Below are positions 1 through 9,831 of a stretch of 40,000 nucleotides of DNA, piece by piece. The position numbers and the translations under genes are program-made. The DNA is from Morganella psychrotolerans (GTDB lineage: Bacteria > Pseudomonadota > Gammaproteobacteria > Enterobacterales > Enterobacteriaceae). Under the pieces are notes generated by a model, which ran no database searches, was not told where the DNA came from, and saw nothing but the letters and a program-made list of their open reading frames with translations. The stretch's first letter is position 1. Every line of letters begins with the position of its first letter. Location: positions 109,688-149,687 of the forward strand of contig NZ_CBCPJD010000009.1 of assembly GCF_965118875.1 (NCBI RefSeq), in the 5' to 3' direction.

Positions 1-46
1 AATGATACGGGCTTGTAAAAAAGACTGAGAATATTCTTAATTTTAC

Positions 47-565
47 TTAGTGGTAAGGGAAAGAGTGAATTTGTACTGTGTTCAGTTGTCGTGCCTGCGG
101 CGCATTATCATTATGCCATTTCTGAGGCCGCATAATAAAGCCCAGGCAGCGACCCTGCTGTGCAGCCCGCTGCAACCGGTAATTTTCCTGTTCAGTTAAT
201 ACCGGCAACCAGCCAAGAACAACACTGTAATTACCACTGGCGAGCGCTTTCTCCATCGCATCGACACTGTTGATTACCGGGATACGGGAAAGTTGCATTA
301 TTTTATCACGGGGCAGCTGATTTTGTGCCAGCCACCGGCGGCTGAGTTTTTCGCCGGGTGAGAGCCAGAGTAACCAGCGCGGTTCACCGGCAAGCTGACG
401 TAACAACGGAAGCAGGATATGAGTCAGGATCATATCATTATTGCGATAGACCAATTCGCTGACCATACCGGTTGTGCCTGTTTGTGAGTGACCTGCCTGC
501 GAAAGGGCTGGTGACACGGATGCAGACGTAGCAGGGAGATATTCCCGGATTGATTGCTGGCGCAT
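47..565 (-). CDS. sulA: SOS cell-division inhibitor SulA
   Basis: ORF 47..646(-). From MRQQSIREYLP onward it reads as enterobacterial SulA (blocks LLWLSPGEKLSRRWL, NYSVVLGWLP, CLGFIMRP). Start trimmed to ATG 565 because a LexA box (585-604) lies inside the longer ORF. Synteny sulA-sxy-yccS-helD matches E. coli. Confidence 0.85.
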   Translation of the reverse strand: MRQQSIREYLPATSASVSPALSQAGHSQTGTTGMVSELVYRNNDMILTHILLPLLRQLAGEPRWLLWLSPGEKLSRRWLAQNQLPRDKIMQLSRIPVINSVDAMEKALASGNYSVVLGWLPVLTEQENYRLQRAAQQGRCLGFIMRPQKWHNDNAPQARQLNTVQIHSFPYH

Positions 566-584
566 AGTTGACCTCACATAGTGA

Positions 585-604
585 TACTGTATGAATGTAC
601 AGTA
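585..604 (-). promoter_or_regulatory. LexA (SOS) box upstream of sulA
   Basis: tactgtatgaatgtacagta is a perfect CTGT-N8-ACAG palindrome. It sits 20 bp upstream of the proposed sulA ATG. Confidence 0.85.
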
Positions 605-788
605 CAATTCAATTTCCCTTAGATCAAGTAAATTTTTTCCAAGCAACTCGCAAATTTCAGGATTGCTGTGCGTAAATACGAATTTATCGTTGGCAATTGC
701 AGAAACATTCCTTATTTTGTGGCGACGCTGAGCTCAGTCACGGAATGACATAACGATACATTTAACCTGCTTTCAAGGGACTGATAAT

Positions 789-1400
789 ATGAAGGATTAT
801 TTGAAATTGTCAGATGTTCAGTTTGATCGTCTTCAACGCAGCACACAGCCGTTTGGCCGGATCCGGTTAAAATCACAGTTCGGATGTATGGGGTTATCAA
901 TTGACGGGGTAACCTTTGCACTCATTGCCAACAGTCAGCTCTGGCTGAAAAGCACAGAGGCGACCCGGGATCTTTTTTGTCAGATGGAGTTATATGACAG
1001 GTTCACGTATCCGAAAAGGATACTGCCGATGCGGATTAATTATTACCGGGTGACTGACGCCGTGTGGCTGTGTCCTCAGCAGTGCGAGTCTCTTTTTTAT
1101 CAGGCCTATTTCCATGTACGTGCATTTGCACTTTCACAGCAACGGCTTCCGTCACGGATTAAAGATTTACCTAATGTGGACAGAGCATTAGAGCGCCGCC
1201 TCTGGCAGGCGGGTATCCGCCAGGTGGATGATCTCTATTTATTAGGGGCGAAAGCAAGTTTTCTGAAGGTAAAAGCGCGTCCGAAAAATGAACTGAAGCT
1301 GTTATTTGCCCTCGCCGGTGCTATTGAAGGTTGCCATAGTGCGGTATTACCGAAAGCACTGCGCGAGGATCTTATTCACTGGCATGACCGTTTAAATTAA
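789..1400 (+). CDS. sxy: Competence regulator TfoX/Sxy
   Basis: 203 aa. Recalled Sxy/TfoX blocks are present: INYYRV, IKDLPN, LGAKASFLKV, LAGAIEGCHSAVLP. Position next to sulA and yccS matches E. coli. Confidence 0.85.
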   Translation: MKDYLKLSDVQFDRLQRSTQPFGRIRLKSQFGCMGLSIDGVTFALIANSQLWLKSTEATRDLFCQMELYDRFTYPKRILPMRINYYRVTDAVWLCPQQCESLFYQAYFHVRAFALSQQRLPSRIKDLPNVDRALERRLWQAGIRQVDDLYLLGAKASFLKVKARPKNELKLLFALAGAIEGCHSAVLPKALREDLIHWHDRLN

Positions 1401-1413
1401 GGCAGGTGCTTAT

Positions 1414-1451
1414 ACCCCGGGGAACAGGGTTATCTGTTTTGTCCCCGGGGT
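1414..1451. terminator. Bidirectional hairpin between convergent sxy and yccS
   Basis: accccgggga ... tccccggggt forms a perfect 10-bp GC-rich stem (1414-1423 / 1442-1451). An inner acag/ctgt pairing extends it. It lies between two convergent stop codons. Confidence 0.6.
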
Positions 1452-1459
1452 CCGGCTGA

Positions 1460-3685
1460 TTATGATGACGGATTACCGGGCTCTGTGCTGTCAGTTGTGG
1501 CTTTCGGTCTGTTCCGTCTTTTTGTACCCTGCTGCCTGTTATGCTCTTTTTCAGTTATCTGGCGGATAAGCATCACAATATCAGGGATTAAATTGAGTAA
1601 CAGGCGGATTTGCTCTGCAACCAGCTGCTCTGCACTGTTGTTTTCACACTTACATTTATCAAGACGTTGTGCCAGTGCATCAGCAATAGCATGGATCTGC
1701 AATTCGCCCTGACGACCCTGTTGCAGTGCGGCTTCGGTGTAACGGATAGTGTCATTCAGCAGACGCAGAACCGTATCATCAGTCAGCTTTGTCCGGTGTG
1801 CGCCCAGACCTGAAATATAGCTCAGCAGTGTGTGGTTCAGGCAAAGCAGGCGGAACGCTTCATCATGAGATGTCCGGTAACTGCTGGGCTCCGATGAGAT
1901 ATTTGCCACAACAGAGGCAAATTCGCCGTCGCTGATATGCGCATCCCGTCGGGCAACCCGGTAATCCAGTCCGTCGTTTTTACCGTCATAGTACTGGCGC
2001 AGAATTTGCTCAAGATAACGACCGTTTGCCTGCATCGTGCGGTCAATAACCAGAGGAAGCTGACGGTATTTCCAGTCCGGCCAGATATAACTGACGGCAA
2101 ACCAGGCAAGGCCACAGCCGATGATGGTATCAACAATACGGTGAAGAGCGATATCAAACCCTTCGCCCAGCAAATTAAAGCTGAACAGAACGAGCAGGGT
2201 AATAAAGATAGTCGCCTGAGCATACTGGCTGGTACGGAAAACAAAAAACATCAGCCCCGAAATCACCATCAGAATTAACTGTCCTTCATAGGACGGTACA
2301 AAGTACATGATTGGCAGGCCGATCAGTATCCCCGCGAGTGTCCCGGTTATCCGCAGCATCAGGCGGCGTTTGGTGGCGCTGTAATTCGGCTGACAGACAA
2401 AAAGGCTGGTCAGCATAATCCAGTAGCCCCGGTTTAAATCAAACAGCTGGATAATGGCGTAACCGGCACACAGCAGTACGGACATCCTGATAGCATGACG
2501 GAACAGCGCGGAGCGTGGTGTCAGGTTCTGCCGGAAACGCGACCAGATATCGCGCAGCCCCTGAAGGTTTTCATTGGAAAGTCTCGCATCTTCCTGCAAT
2601 TTTTCTGCCGGTAATTTGGTCTGTTCCGCACTGAGACCTTTAAGCTGAGAATCCACGCCCCGCAAATTGCTCAGCAGATGGCGCAGTGCCATCACGCTGC
2701 TGTTACCGGGCTTTTGCTGCTCCAGAAGATTCAGGGAGTTTTCCAGATAGGAGAATACCCGCTCAAAGCGCGGATTATGCTCATATTTTTTCCGCTGTAA
2801 GATAGCCTGTGCAACGGCGGCACAAGCCCGCCCCTGCATTGACATCAGGCGCTGAAAACGGAACATGATGTCGCTGTAACGCAGTTCATTACTTAAATTC
2901 TGATACTGAATATGGGATGAACTGGCCCGCTCATGAATATCCTGGGCGACAAAATAATAGTGCAGTGCGTGGCGGGTACCACGCTGCCCGCGGTCACCTT
3001 TCAGCCGCGAGAACAGCGTAGTTTTTGCCTGATTCATTGATGTGGTGAGGGCACTGTTTGCCATCGCCAGTTCAAATACCGTCTGCTGATAATCTTCTTC
3101 AATATCCGGATCAAACAGGTTCGCTTTGGCTTCCAGATAATTTGACAGTTGCAGGTAATAGCGGGAGAGGTTGTCCTGCAACGGACGTATCGGAAACAAC
3201 AGGTGTCCGGTCAGTGTCAGCAGGTTGTACCAGACCGCCCCGGCCAGCAACAGCAGCGGCTGCTGATACCAGTCATCAAACAGATTTTTCCCCAGCATAG
3301 TGTAAATGGCGATCAGCAGTGCGCCAAACGCGATAGTCGCGTAGCGCTGCCCCAGCGCACCCAGCAGAATAAATCCGCTGGTTGACAGTGCAAGACCCGC
3401 CATAAAGAGAATGTGGTGATCAAACAGCAGCTCGATAGATGCTGAAGCGACAAAGAAGGAGATAAGTGTGATAAACAGGTTACGCAGACGGCCGACCAAC
3501 CGGTCATCCAGGTCAGTCAGGGCGGCCGCAACCATCCCGAGTGTCAGAGCGATAGTGACTTTCGGCGGCATGTGCAGCAGCCACGGCACCAGTGTGGTTC
3601 CTGTCAGCGCAATGAATATGCGGGTATAGTAAAGAAAATGGCTGTTATAAATATAACGGCTGAAGCCGCGAAACGCTGCAAGCAC
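1460..3685 (-). CDS. yccS: YccS/YhfK-family inner membrane protein
   Basis: 741 aa with many hydrophobic segments in two clusters. The N-terminus (YYTRIFIALTGTT) resembles E. coli YccS. Synteny supports the call. The exact start is uncertain. Confidence 0.8.
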   Translation of the reverse strand: MLAAFRGFSRYIYNSHFLYYTRIFIALTGTTLVPWLLHMPPKVTIALTLGMVAAALTDLDDRLVGRLRNLFITLISFFVASASIELLFDHHILFMAGLALSTSGFILLGALGQRYATIAFGALLIAIYTMLGKNLFDDWYQQPLLLLAGAVWYNLLTLTGHLLFPIRPLQDNLSRYYLQLSNYLEAKANLFDPDIEEDYQQTVFELAMANSALTTSMNQAKTTLFSRLKGDRGQRGTRHALHYYFVAQDIHERASSSHIQYQNLSNELRYSDIMFRFQRLMSMQGRACAAVAQAILQRKKYEHNPRFERVFSYLENSLNLLEQQKPGNSSVMALRHLLSNLRGVDSQLKGLSAEQTKLPAEKLQEDARLSNENLQGLRDIWSRFRQNLTPRSALFRHAIRMSVLLCAGYAIIQLFDLNRGYWIMLTSLFVCQPNYSATKRRLMLRITGTLAGILIGLPIMYFVPSYEGQLILMVISGLMFFVFRTSQYAQATIFITLLVLFSFNLLGEGFDIALHRIVDTIIGCGLAWFAVSYIWPDWKYRQLPLVIDRTMQANGRYLEQILRQYYDGKNDGLDYRVARRDAHISDGEFASVVANISSEPSSYRTSHDEAFRLLCLNHTLLSYISGLGAHRTKLTDDTVLRLLNDTIRYTEAALQQGRQGELQIHAIADALAQRLDKCKCENNSAEQLVAEQIRLLLNLIPDIVMLIRQITEKEHNRQQGTKRRNRPKATTDSTEPGNPSS

Positions 3686-3852
3686 AGTAACCTCAATAAG
3701 TCAGAAATACCCTTAACGGGAATTTGGCAGTAAACTAATCGTGTCTTTTCTGTAATATGGCAATGGTATGGCGCAGGCACAGGTTTTACCACATCTGCTT
3801 TTATCACATATTGATTTCAATCTTGTATCAGTAACGTAACGGTGCGTAACTC

Positions 3853-5907
3853 ATGGAATTAAAATCAACACAAATGGGGCAGACATTAGCCCGGCATCCT
3901 TACAATCGCGTACGGTTACTTAACGCCGGTATCGAAGTCAGCGGGGAAAAACACCGGTATGTTATTCCTTTCAATGAGTTAATCAATATCCAATGTAAAC
4001 GGGGCATTGTCTGGGGCGAGATGGAATTCGAGCTTCCGGATGAACAGGTTGTCCGTCTGCACGGCACACAATGGCAGGAAACTCAGCAATTTTATCATTA
4101 CCTGACGGATGTCTGGACCCGCTGGAGTGAAGAAATGAGTGTGGTCAGTGCGCAGGTACTGGAGAAGCAGGAAGGTGAAATCACCGCCGCCATTCAGGCG
4201 GATCGCTGGCTGACACAGCCTGAAAGCCGGAAGCTGCGCGATAACATCATAAAATCATTCAGCGCGCTTCCGTTGCCACAGGTGCGTTTAAGCAGGTTTG
4301 AAAATTGTGCTTCGGCGTATCAGTTCTGTCTGGACTGGCTGGATAACACAGATAAGAAGCGCCGTCAGCGCAATCGTGACTGGACACAGCAGTGTCTTGA
4401 AACCTATGCTGACTTTTTTGCCGATATTGAGTCCTCCCCGCTGAATCAATCACAAAGTGAAGCGGTGATAAATGGTGAGCCGTCGGTACTGGTGCTGGCA
4501 GGCGCGGGGAGCGGAAAAACATCGGTACTGGTGGCCCGTGCGGGCTGGTTGTTACGCCGGCAGCAGGCATTACCGGAACAAATTCTGATGCTGGCTTTCG
4601 GGCGGCAGGCGGCAGATGAGATGAATGAACGCATTCAGCGTTGCCTGCATACTGATGAGATCCGCAGCAAAACATTTCATGCGCTGGCACTGCATATTAT
4701 CCGCGAAGCAACCAATAAATCACCGGTTATCAGCGCTCTGGAAAGTGATACAGCTGCCCGCCATGAACTGATTAAATCGGTCTGGCAAACACAGTGCCGT
4801 GAGAAAAAAGCGCAGGCGAAAGGCTGGCGGGAACTTATCAGTACCAGTCTGAACTGGCTGCTTGATGAGGGCGAATATTGGGAGGATGAAGCACTGTGTC
4901 GCCGCATTGTCCCGAGAATAGATCGCTGGCTGAGCCTGATGCGGATGAATGGCGGCAGTCAGAAAGCAATGATTGAGTCCGCAGAACCGGATATAGCACC
5001 TGAATTTACAAAGCAAATCAAACTGATGGCGCCGTTTTTAAAAGCATGGAAAAGTGCGCTGAAAGAAGAGGGCGCGACTGATTTTTCCGGGCTTATTCAC
5101 CAGGCTGTCAATCTTATCGAAAAGGGACGGTTTATTTCACCGTGGAAAGTGGTGCTGGTGGATGAATTTCAGGATATTTCACCGCTGCGTGCCAACATTA
5201 TTCATGCATTGCGGGCACAAAATCCGCTGACAACACTGTTTGCTGTCGGCGACGACTGGCAGGCGATTTACCGCTTCAGTGGTGCCGAACTGACGCTGAC
5301 CACGGATTTCAGTGCTGTATTCAGAGAGGGCGGACAGTGCGCGCTGGATACCACATACCGTTTTAACAGCCGGATCGGTGAGGTTGCGAATCAGTTTATT
5401 CAGCGAAATCCGCAGCAGTTAGTCAAGCTGTTGAACAGCCTGACAAAAGGGAATAAAAAAGACGTTCTGTTATTACCGGATACCCAATTGGACGCATTGC
5501 TCAATAAAATGAGCGGTTACGTCACCGCAGAGGAAACCATTTTAATTCTGGCGCGTTATCATCATCTTAAACCGGACATTCTATCCGTGGCGGCAACCCG
5601 CTGGCCGCAGCTCAATATCCGCTTTATGACAATGCACGGCTCAAAAGGGCAGCAGGCAGATTATGTCATTATCACCGGTCTGACAGATGAAAAAGACGGC
5701 TTTCCGGCTGCTGCGCGGGAATCAGTGATTGAACAGGGATTATTACCCCGCGAGGAAGAATTTCAGCACGCTGAAGAGCGCCGCCTGATGTATGTGGCGC
5801 TGACACGGGCAAAAAAACAGGTCTGGTTGCTGTATGATAATGCATCACCATCCTGTTTTGCCGCCGAGCTGGCTGATATGGGTGTCAGCCGGGTGAAAAA
5901 GCCCTGA
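3853..5907 (+). CDS. helD: DNA helicase IV
   Basis: 684 aa, the same length as E. coli HelD. Walker A is LAGAGSGKTSVL. UvrD-type blocks VLVDEFQDISP and YVALTRAK are present. Synteny agrees. Confidence 0.9.
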   Translation: MELKSTQMGQTLARHPYNRVRLLNAGIEVSGEKHRYVIPFNELINIQCKRGIVWGEMEFELPDEQVVRLHGTQWQETQQFYHYLTDVWTRWSEEMSVVSAQVLEKQEGEITAAIQADRWLTQPESRKLRDNIIKSFSALPLPQVRLSRFENCASAYQFCLDWLDNTDKKRRQRNRDWTQQCLETYADFFADIESSPLNQSQSEAVINGEPSVLVLAGAGSGKTSVLVARAGWLLRRQQALPEQILMLAFGRQAADEMNERIQRCLHTDEIRSKTFHALALHIIREATNKSPVISALESDTAARHELIKSVWQTQCREKKAQAKGWRELISTSLNWLLDEGEYWEDEALCRRIVPRIDRWLSLMRMNGGSQKAMIESAEPDIAPEFTKQIKLMAPFLKAWKSALKEEGATDFSGLIHQAVNLIEKGRFISPWKVVLVDEFQDISPLRANIIHALRAQNPLTTLFAVGDDWQAIYRFSGAELTLTTDFSAVFREGGQCALDTTYRFNSRIGEVANQFIQRNPQQLVKLLNSLTKGNKKDVLLLPDTQLDALLNKMSGYVTAEETILILARYHHLKPDILSVAATRWPQLNIRFMTMHGSKGQQADYVIITGLTDEKDGFPAAARESVIEQGLLPREEEFQHAEERRLMYVALTRAKKQVWLLYDNASPSCFAAELADMGVSRVKKP

Positions 5908-6372
5908 TTATCTTAATTGTGTGCGCTCATTTAAATAGCGGGCGTAATCCGGGATGACAATATCCACATCTTTGTCAAAATCCGGGGAGTGAATAATAAA
6001 ATCAGCTGTAGACATATTCGTGGCGACCGGGATATTCCAGACGGTCGCCAGGCGCAGCAGTGCTTTGACATCCGGGTCGTGCGGTACCGCATTGAGCGGG
6101 TCCCAGAAAAAAATCAGCACATCAATTTTTGCCTCAGCAATCATTGCGCCAATTTGCTGATCGCCACCCATCGGTCCGCTCAGCATCCCGGTAATCTCCA
6201 GCCCTGTTTCCCGGCTGATAAGCAGCCCGGTGGTGCCGGTGGCAAAGAGCTGGTGTTCCTGTAATGCTGCCAGATTGCGTTTAACCCAGTCCAGTAATTT
6301 GGTTTTGTAATGGTCATGCGCCACAAGGGCAATTTTTTTATGCTTGGTCAGTACACGGGTTGTGGATTCCAT
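5908..6372 (-). CDS. mgsA: Methylglyoxal synthase
   Basis: 154 aa. Blocks [56 protein letters not shown] are near-identical to E. coli MgsA. Confidence 0.92.
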   Translation of the reverse strand: MESTTRVLTKHKKIALVAHDHYKTKLLDWVKRNLAALQEHQLFATGTTGLLISRETGLEITGMLSGPMGGDQQIGAMIAEAKIDVLIFFWDPLNAVPHDPDVKALLRLATVWNIPVATNMSTADFIIHSPDFDKDVDIVIPDYARYLNERTQLR

Positions 6373-6586
6373 AACACTCTCTTTTTGCGGCGAATAAGAC
6401 GAATAAAATATTATTCAATAACATAAGCGAAAAAAACCATCCCGCCAACAGGTGATTATCCCTCTGTTATGCTATACCCTTATTCATTCAAACTGCAGGT
6501 TCGTTGGCGGCAAGCTCTGACTGCGTCTTGAATAATGTCGGGTACATAACCCAGATTAGTTTGCGGGCTTGTGATAAGGGGCATAT

Positions 6587-7000
6587 ATGAATGATACCGT
6601 TTTGACAGATATTCTTCAGCAGGTAAAAACAATTGCGGTTGTCGGCGCGAGTGATAAACCGGATCGCCCGGTTTTTCATGTGATGGAATATCTGCTGGGT
6701 CAGGGCTACCGGGTAATCCCGGTCAGTCCGAAGCTTGCAGGTAAGACACTGATAGGCCAGATGGTTTACGCCACACTTGCCGATATTCCGGAACCGGTTG
6801 ATATGGTGGATGTGTTTCGCAATGCTGATGCAGCACCCGGTATTGCACAGGAAGCCATTGCTGTTCATGCAAAGGTGTTGTGGTTACAGCAGGGTGTTAT
6901 CAGTGAGGAAGCAAAATTAGTGGCGGAAAATGGTGGGCTGCGTTTTGTCATGGACAGATGTCCGAAGATTGAAATTCCGCGTCTGGGATTGGAAAAATAA
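6587..7000 (+). CDS. yccU: CoA-binding protein YccU
   Basis: 137 aa. Blocks IAVVGASDKPDRP, VIPVSPK, DMVDVFRN, MDRCPKIEIPRLGL match E. coli YccU. Confidence 0.88.
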   Translation: MNDTVLTDILQQVKTIAVVGASDKPDRPVFHVMEYLLGQGYRVIPVSPKLAGKTLIGQMVYATLADIPEPVDMVDVFRNADAAPGIAQEAIAVHAKVLWLQQGVISEEAKLVAENGGLRFVMDRCPKIEIPRLGLEK

Positions 7001-7039
7001 GAAAAAAATAAAGCCCCGGCATGTGAGTGGCGGGGGCTT
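7001..7039 (-). terminator. Rho-independent terminator of hspQ (weakly bidirectional)
   Basis: Stem aagcccc (7011-7017) pairs with ggggctt (7033-7039). On the minus strand the stem is followed by TTTATTTTTTTC (7001-7010). It lies between convergent yccU and hspQ. Confidence 0.7.
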
Positions 7040-7053
7040 GTCTGTATTAAGCC

Positions 7054-7374
7054 CTAATTCCGCAACCGGGGCGATAACAGTTGGTTGCGGATAGATTCAG
7101 CCAGATCGTCCATAGTGATATTGTCGGGGTGGTCTTTATCCATCTCATAAGTAATCTGAGCTTCAGCCAGATAACTATGGATAGGCTCACCTTCATCATC
7201 TTCCATCACGACGTGATACCAGGGCGCAGAGCGCAGGTTCATATTGGATGCGATATCGTCCTCTTCCGGCTGATCCAGTGAGTATTCAGGATCAATGTCA
7301 ACAATTACGCCCAGGTAGCCAAGCAGCTTATGGCGAACTTGTTGTCCGATACCGAATTTACTTGAAATCATCAT
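7054..7374 (-). CDS. hspQ: Heat-shock protein HspQ (hemimethylated-DNA-binding family)
   Basis: [28 protein letters not shown] matches E. coli HspQ. The ORF-track start at 7380 is a GTG inside the Shine-Dalgarno GGAGGTG. ATG 7374 (or 7371) follows that SD at proper spacing. Confidence 0.85.
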   Translation of the reverse strand: MMISSKFGIGQQVRHKLLGYLGVIVDIDPEYSLDQPEEDDIASNMNLRSAPWYHVVMEDDEGEPIHSYLAEAQITYEMDKDHPDNITMDDLAESIRNQLLSPRLRN

Positions 7375-7622
7375 AATCACCTCCGAAGAAACGTTGCTCT
7401 GTTACTAATATGGGGGTTACTGATAACAGATTCAATCCCTTTATAGATTGGTATTACCTATTTCTGTAATCAGTGGTATCTGACTATTTCAGGTTATCGG
7501 CGGCTGCGGTAAATTACAACCGGCGGATAACGATAAAGATTAAAATAGTGATAATTACATGAAAAGGAGTGACATAATGAATACAGGACGCGATTTTCCG
7601 GTTCGTTGCGAACCGGCCGGTG

Positions 7623-7952
7623 TCAGATACATCTTACCGGCTTAGGTAAACCTGCAAGTTTTGTCGCCTGCTTAGCCGGACCTTTCGGGAACAAGCGGTA
7701 CAAATAGCGACTGTTTCCCCGATCTTCGCCATACTTTTGTGTGATGGCTTTCACCAGCATACGGATAGCCGGTGACGTGTTGAATTCCAGATAAAACTCC
7801 CGCACAAACCGGATGACTTCCCGGTGCTGCTCTGTCAGAGATATTTCTTCCTGCTCAGCCAGCAGCGGGACCATACCTTCCTGCCAATCCTGAACATTGA
7901 GCAAATAGCCCTGAGCATCGGTGGCGATTTCACGCCCTTCAAACACAAACAT
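7623..7952 (-). CDS. tusE: Sulfurtransferase TusE (DsrC-like)
   Basis: The last 109 aa of ORF 7623..8069 read [12 protein letters not shown]...[17 protein letters not shown]...[30 protein letters not shown]. This is near-identical in blocks to E. coli TusE, including the C-terminal Cys. Confidence 0.88.
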   Translation of the reverse strand: MFVFEGREIATDAQGYLLNVQDWQEGMVPLLAEQEEISLTEQHREVIRFVREFYLEFNTSPAIRMLVKAITQKYGEDRGNSRYLYRLFPKGPAKQATKLAGLPKPVRCI

Positions 7953-8153
7953 AATCGGAACCTGATAAACCTGATAAGTGGTGAGACTGAAAATGTAGCA
8001 AAAAACAGGGAGTATCCCAAGCCTTCGGACAGATAAATCGGTAATGATGATGAAAAATGGAGCTAACACATTGAGATATGACTAAATTTTCAACATTCAG
8101 ACCCCCCGGGACTTTACAGAACCCGGAGAGAGGTCTATAGTGCACGTCATTGC

Positions 8154-8241
8154 GGAGGGGTGGCCGAGCGGCTTAAGGCAGCGGTCTTGAAAACCGCCGA
8201 TGGGTAACCATCCGAGAGTTCGAATCTCTCCTCCTCCGCCA
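8154..8241 (+). tRNA. serT: tRNA-Ser (anticodon UGA)
   Basis: Hand-folded, 88 nt. Acceptor GGAGGGG/CTCCTCC (one G-U pair), discriminator G, encoded CCA. D arm GCCG..GGCA. Anticodon stem GCGGT/ACCGC with loop CTTGAAA. Long variable arm GATGG-GTAA-CCATC. T arm GAGAG-TTCGAAT-CTCTC. Confidence 0.92.
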
Positions 8242-8343
8242 TTTCAACGTCTCCCACCATCCTGTGAAGTCTCTCCAGCCCTGATAAATCAATAGTTACG
8301 GCAAAATTAGCGTCTCCTGACATCTCCTACTATCTTCCTAAAT

Positions 8344-8404
8344 CTCTACAATCTATTGTATAGTTTCTTGTATAGAATTATCTCTACAATTTCCTCTATA
8401 CAAT
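8344..8404. repeat. Five copies of the 9-bp motif CTMTACAAT (candidate arm-type Int sites / int promoter region)
   Basis: Direct copies: ctctacaat 8344-8352, ctctacaat 8382-8390, ctatacaat 8396-8404. Inverted copies: attgtatag 8355-8363, cttgtatag 8367-8375. All lie between the tRNA and the int start codon (8416). Confidence 0.6.
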
Positions 8405-8415
8405 ATTGGTGACTT

Positions 8416-9603
8416 ATGAAGCTAACAGACATGGCAATCAAGCGGGCAAAGCCAAAAGAAAAGGCTTATACATTGGCAGATGGCAATGGTCTGTCTTTGT
8501 TAGTGGAAACGAACGGCTCGAAAGGCTGGCGGTTTCGTTACCAGTTCGCCGGCAAGACTAAAATGATCTCTCTTGGTATTTATCCTGTAGTGACATTAAA
8601 TGAGGCCAGATCTAAAAGAGATGAAGCCAGAAAGCTGGTGGCTAACGATATCAATCCAAGTGAAGCCAGAAAAGCAGAGAAAGCGGCATCAATCAGCCAA
8701 TCTGAAAATACCTTTAAAAATATCGCACTTGAATGGTTTGGCGGGCGTAAAGACCGCTGGTCTGTCGGATATCGTGACGACATGATGGACGCATTTGAAA
8801 AAGATGTATTTCCTTATATAGGTGATCGCCCGATCACTGATATCAAGCCCCTGGAATTATTAGAAGTGCTTTCCATTATGGAAAAGCGTGGCGCTACAGA
8901 GAAACTAAAGAAAGTTCGTCAACGCTGCGGGGAAGTATGGAAATACGCCATTATTACCGGACGGGCAGAATATAACCCGGCACCGGATTTAGCGGGTGCG
9001 TTTATCCCGCACAAACGTGAACATTATGCTCATTTGATGGTTAGTGAATTACCTGATTTTCTGAGTTCCATTGATAAATACATGGGCAGCCAAATTGTCA
9101 GAACTGCACTGAGAGTTTTAATTTTGACAGGCGTTCGCCCTGGTGAATTACGCAAAGCGGAATGGTCGGAAATTAATTTTGATAAGGCAATATGGGAAAT
9201 ACCCGCTGAAAAAATGAAGATGCGGCGTCCTCATATTGTGCCACTGTCGGAACAGGTTATTGAGTTACTGAAACAAATACACCCGATTAGCGGCAGTTAC
9301 CAATATATTTTCCCGAGCCGTACCGATTACAAAAAGCATATATCGGATATGGCACTGAATACCATGATCCGCCGGATGGGTTACGGGGGCAGGGCTACCG
9401 GTCATGGCTTTCGTCATACCATGAGCACCATTCTACATGAGCAAGATTACAATACCGCATGGATTGAAACACAGCTTGCTCATGTAGATAAAAACAGTAT
9501 CAGGGGCACGTATAACCATGCCCTTTATTTGGATGGACGAAAAGAAATGCTCCAGTGGTACGCAAACTACATGAATGATCTCGAATCCGGGAAAGTGCAA
9601 TAA
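8416..9603 (+). CDS. int: Tyrosine integrase, P4-like (N-terminal DUF4102/arm-binding type)
   Basis: 395 aa. The N-terminus (KAYTLADGNGLSLLVETNGSKGWRFRYQFAGK) is typical of P4-family integrases. Catalytic blocks are LTGVRPGELR, HGFRHT and the Tyr in IRGTYNH. It is adjacent to a tRNA gene. Confidence 0.9.
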   Translation: MKLTDMAIKRAKPKEKAYTLADGNGLSLLVETNGSKGWRFRYQFAGKTKMISLGIYPVVTLNEARSKRDEARKLVANDINPSEARKAEKAASISQSENTFKNIALEWFGGRKDRWSVGYRDDMMDAFEKDVFPYIGDRPITDIKPLELLEVLSIMEKRGATEKLKKVRQRCGEVWKYAIITGRAEYNPAPDLAGAFIPHKREHYAHLMVSELPDFLSSIDKYMGSQIVRTALRVLILTGVRPGELRKAEWSEINFDKAIWEIPAEKMKMRRPHIVPLSEQVIELLKQIHPISGSYQYIFPSRTDYKKHISDMALNTMIRRMGYGGRATGHGFRHTMSTILHEQDYNTAWIETQLAHVDKNSIRGTYNHALYLDGRKEMLQWYANYMNDLESGKVQ

Positions 9604-9625
9604 ACCGTTCATCTGAGGCTATAAT

Positions 9626-9829
9626 TTAAACATGTTTATTTTGGGAGCGGGATTCATTAACCCGCTGCTCAATCCAGTCATTGATTTCACTCTCTATAAA
9701 GGCAATGGAGCGGGAGCCGGTTTTAATTGGTTCAGGAAACTCTCCTTTATCTATTAATTTATATGTCCATGATCTGCTGTAGCCTGTTCTTTTCAGAACC
9801 TCGGGTAACCTAATTAATCTGTATGTCAT
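9626..9829 (-). CDS. AlpA-family HTH regulator / excisionase
   Basis: 67 aa. LIRLPEVLKRTGYSRSWTYKLIDKGEFPEPIKTGSRSIAFIESEINDWI is the classic AlpA/Xis MerR-like HTH pattern. It is convergent with int. Confidence 0.78.
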   Translation of the reverse strand: MTYRLIRLPEVLKRTGYSRSWTYKLIDKGEFPEPIKTGSRSIAFIESEINDWIEQRVNESRSQNKHV

Positions 9830-9831
9830 GA

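Noticed and set aside
712-921. 69-aa minus-strand ORF overlapping the sxy start
   Set aside because: It is antisense to the sxy 5' end and promoter region, has no start signal, and has no recognisable product.
1485-5016. Numerous 60-143-aa ORFs antisense to or out of frame within yccS and helD
   Set aside because: They lie entirely inside long, conserved genes with strong homology patterns. They have no start signals and are typical frame shadows.
7577-7645. 22-codon ORF with strong SD (AAAGGAG) between hspQ and tusE, plus the hairpin ccggttcg-ttg-cgaaccgg (7598-7616)
   Set aside because: The ORF is too short, overlaps the tusE 3' end, and has no recognisable product. The hairpin has no U-tract on the tusE strand, so I do not call it a terminator. 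It is mentioned only under the synteny finding.
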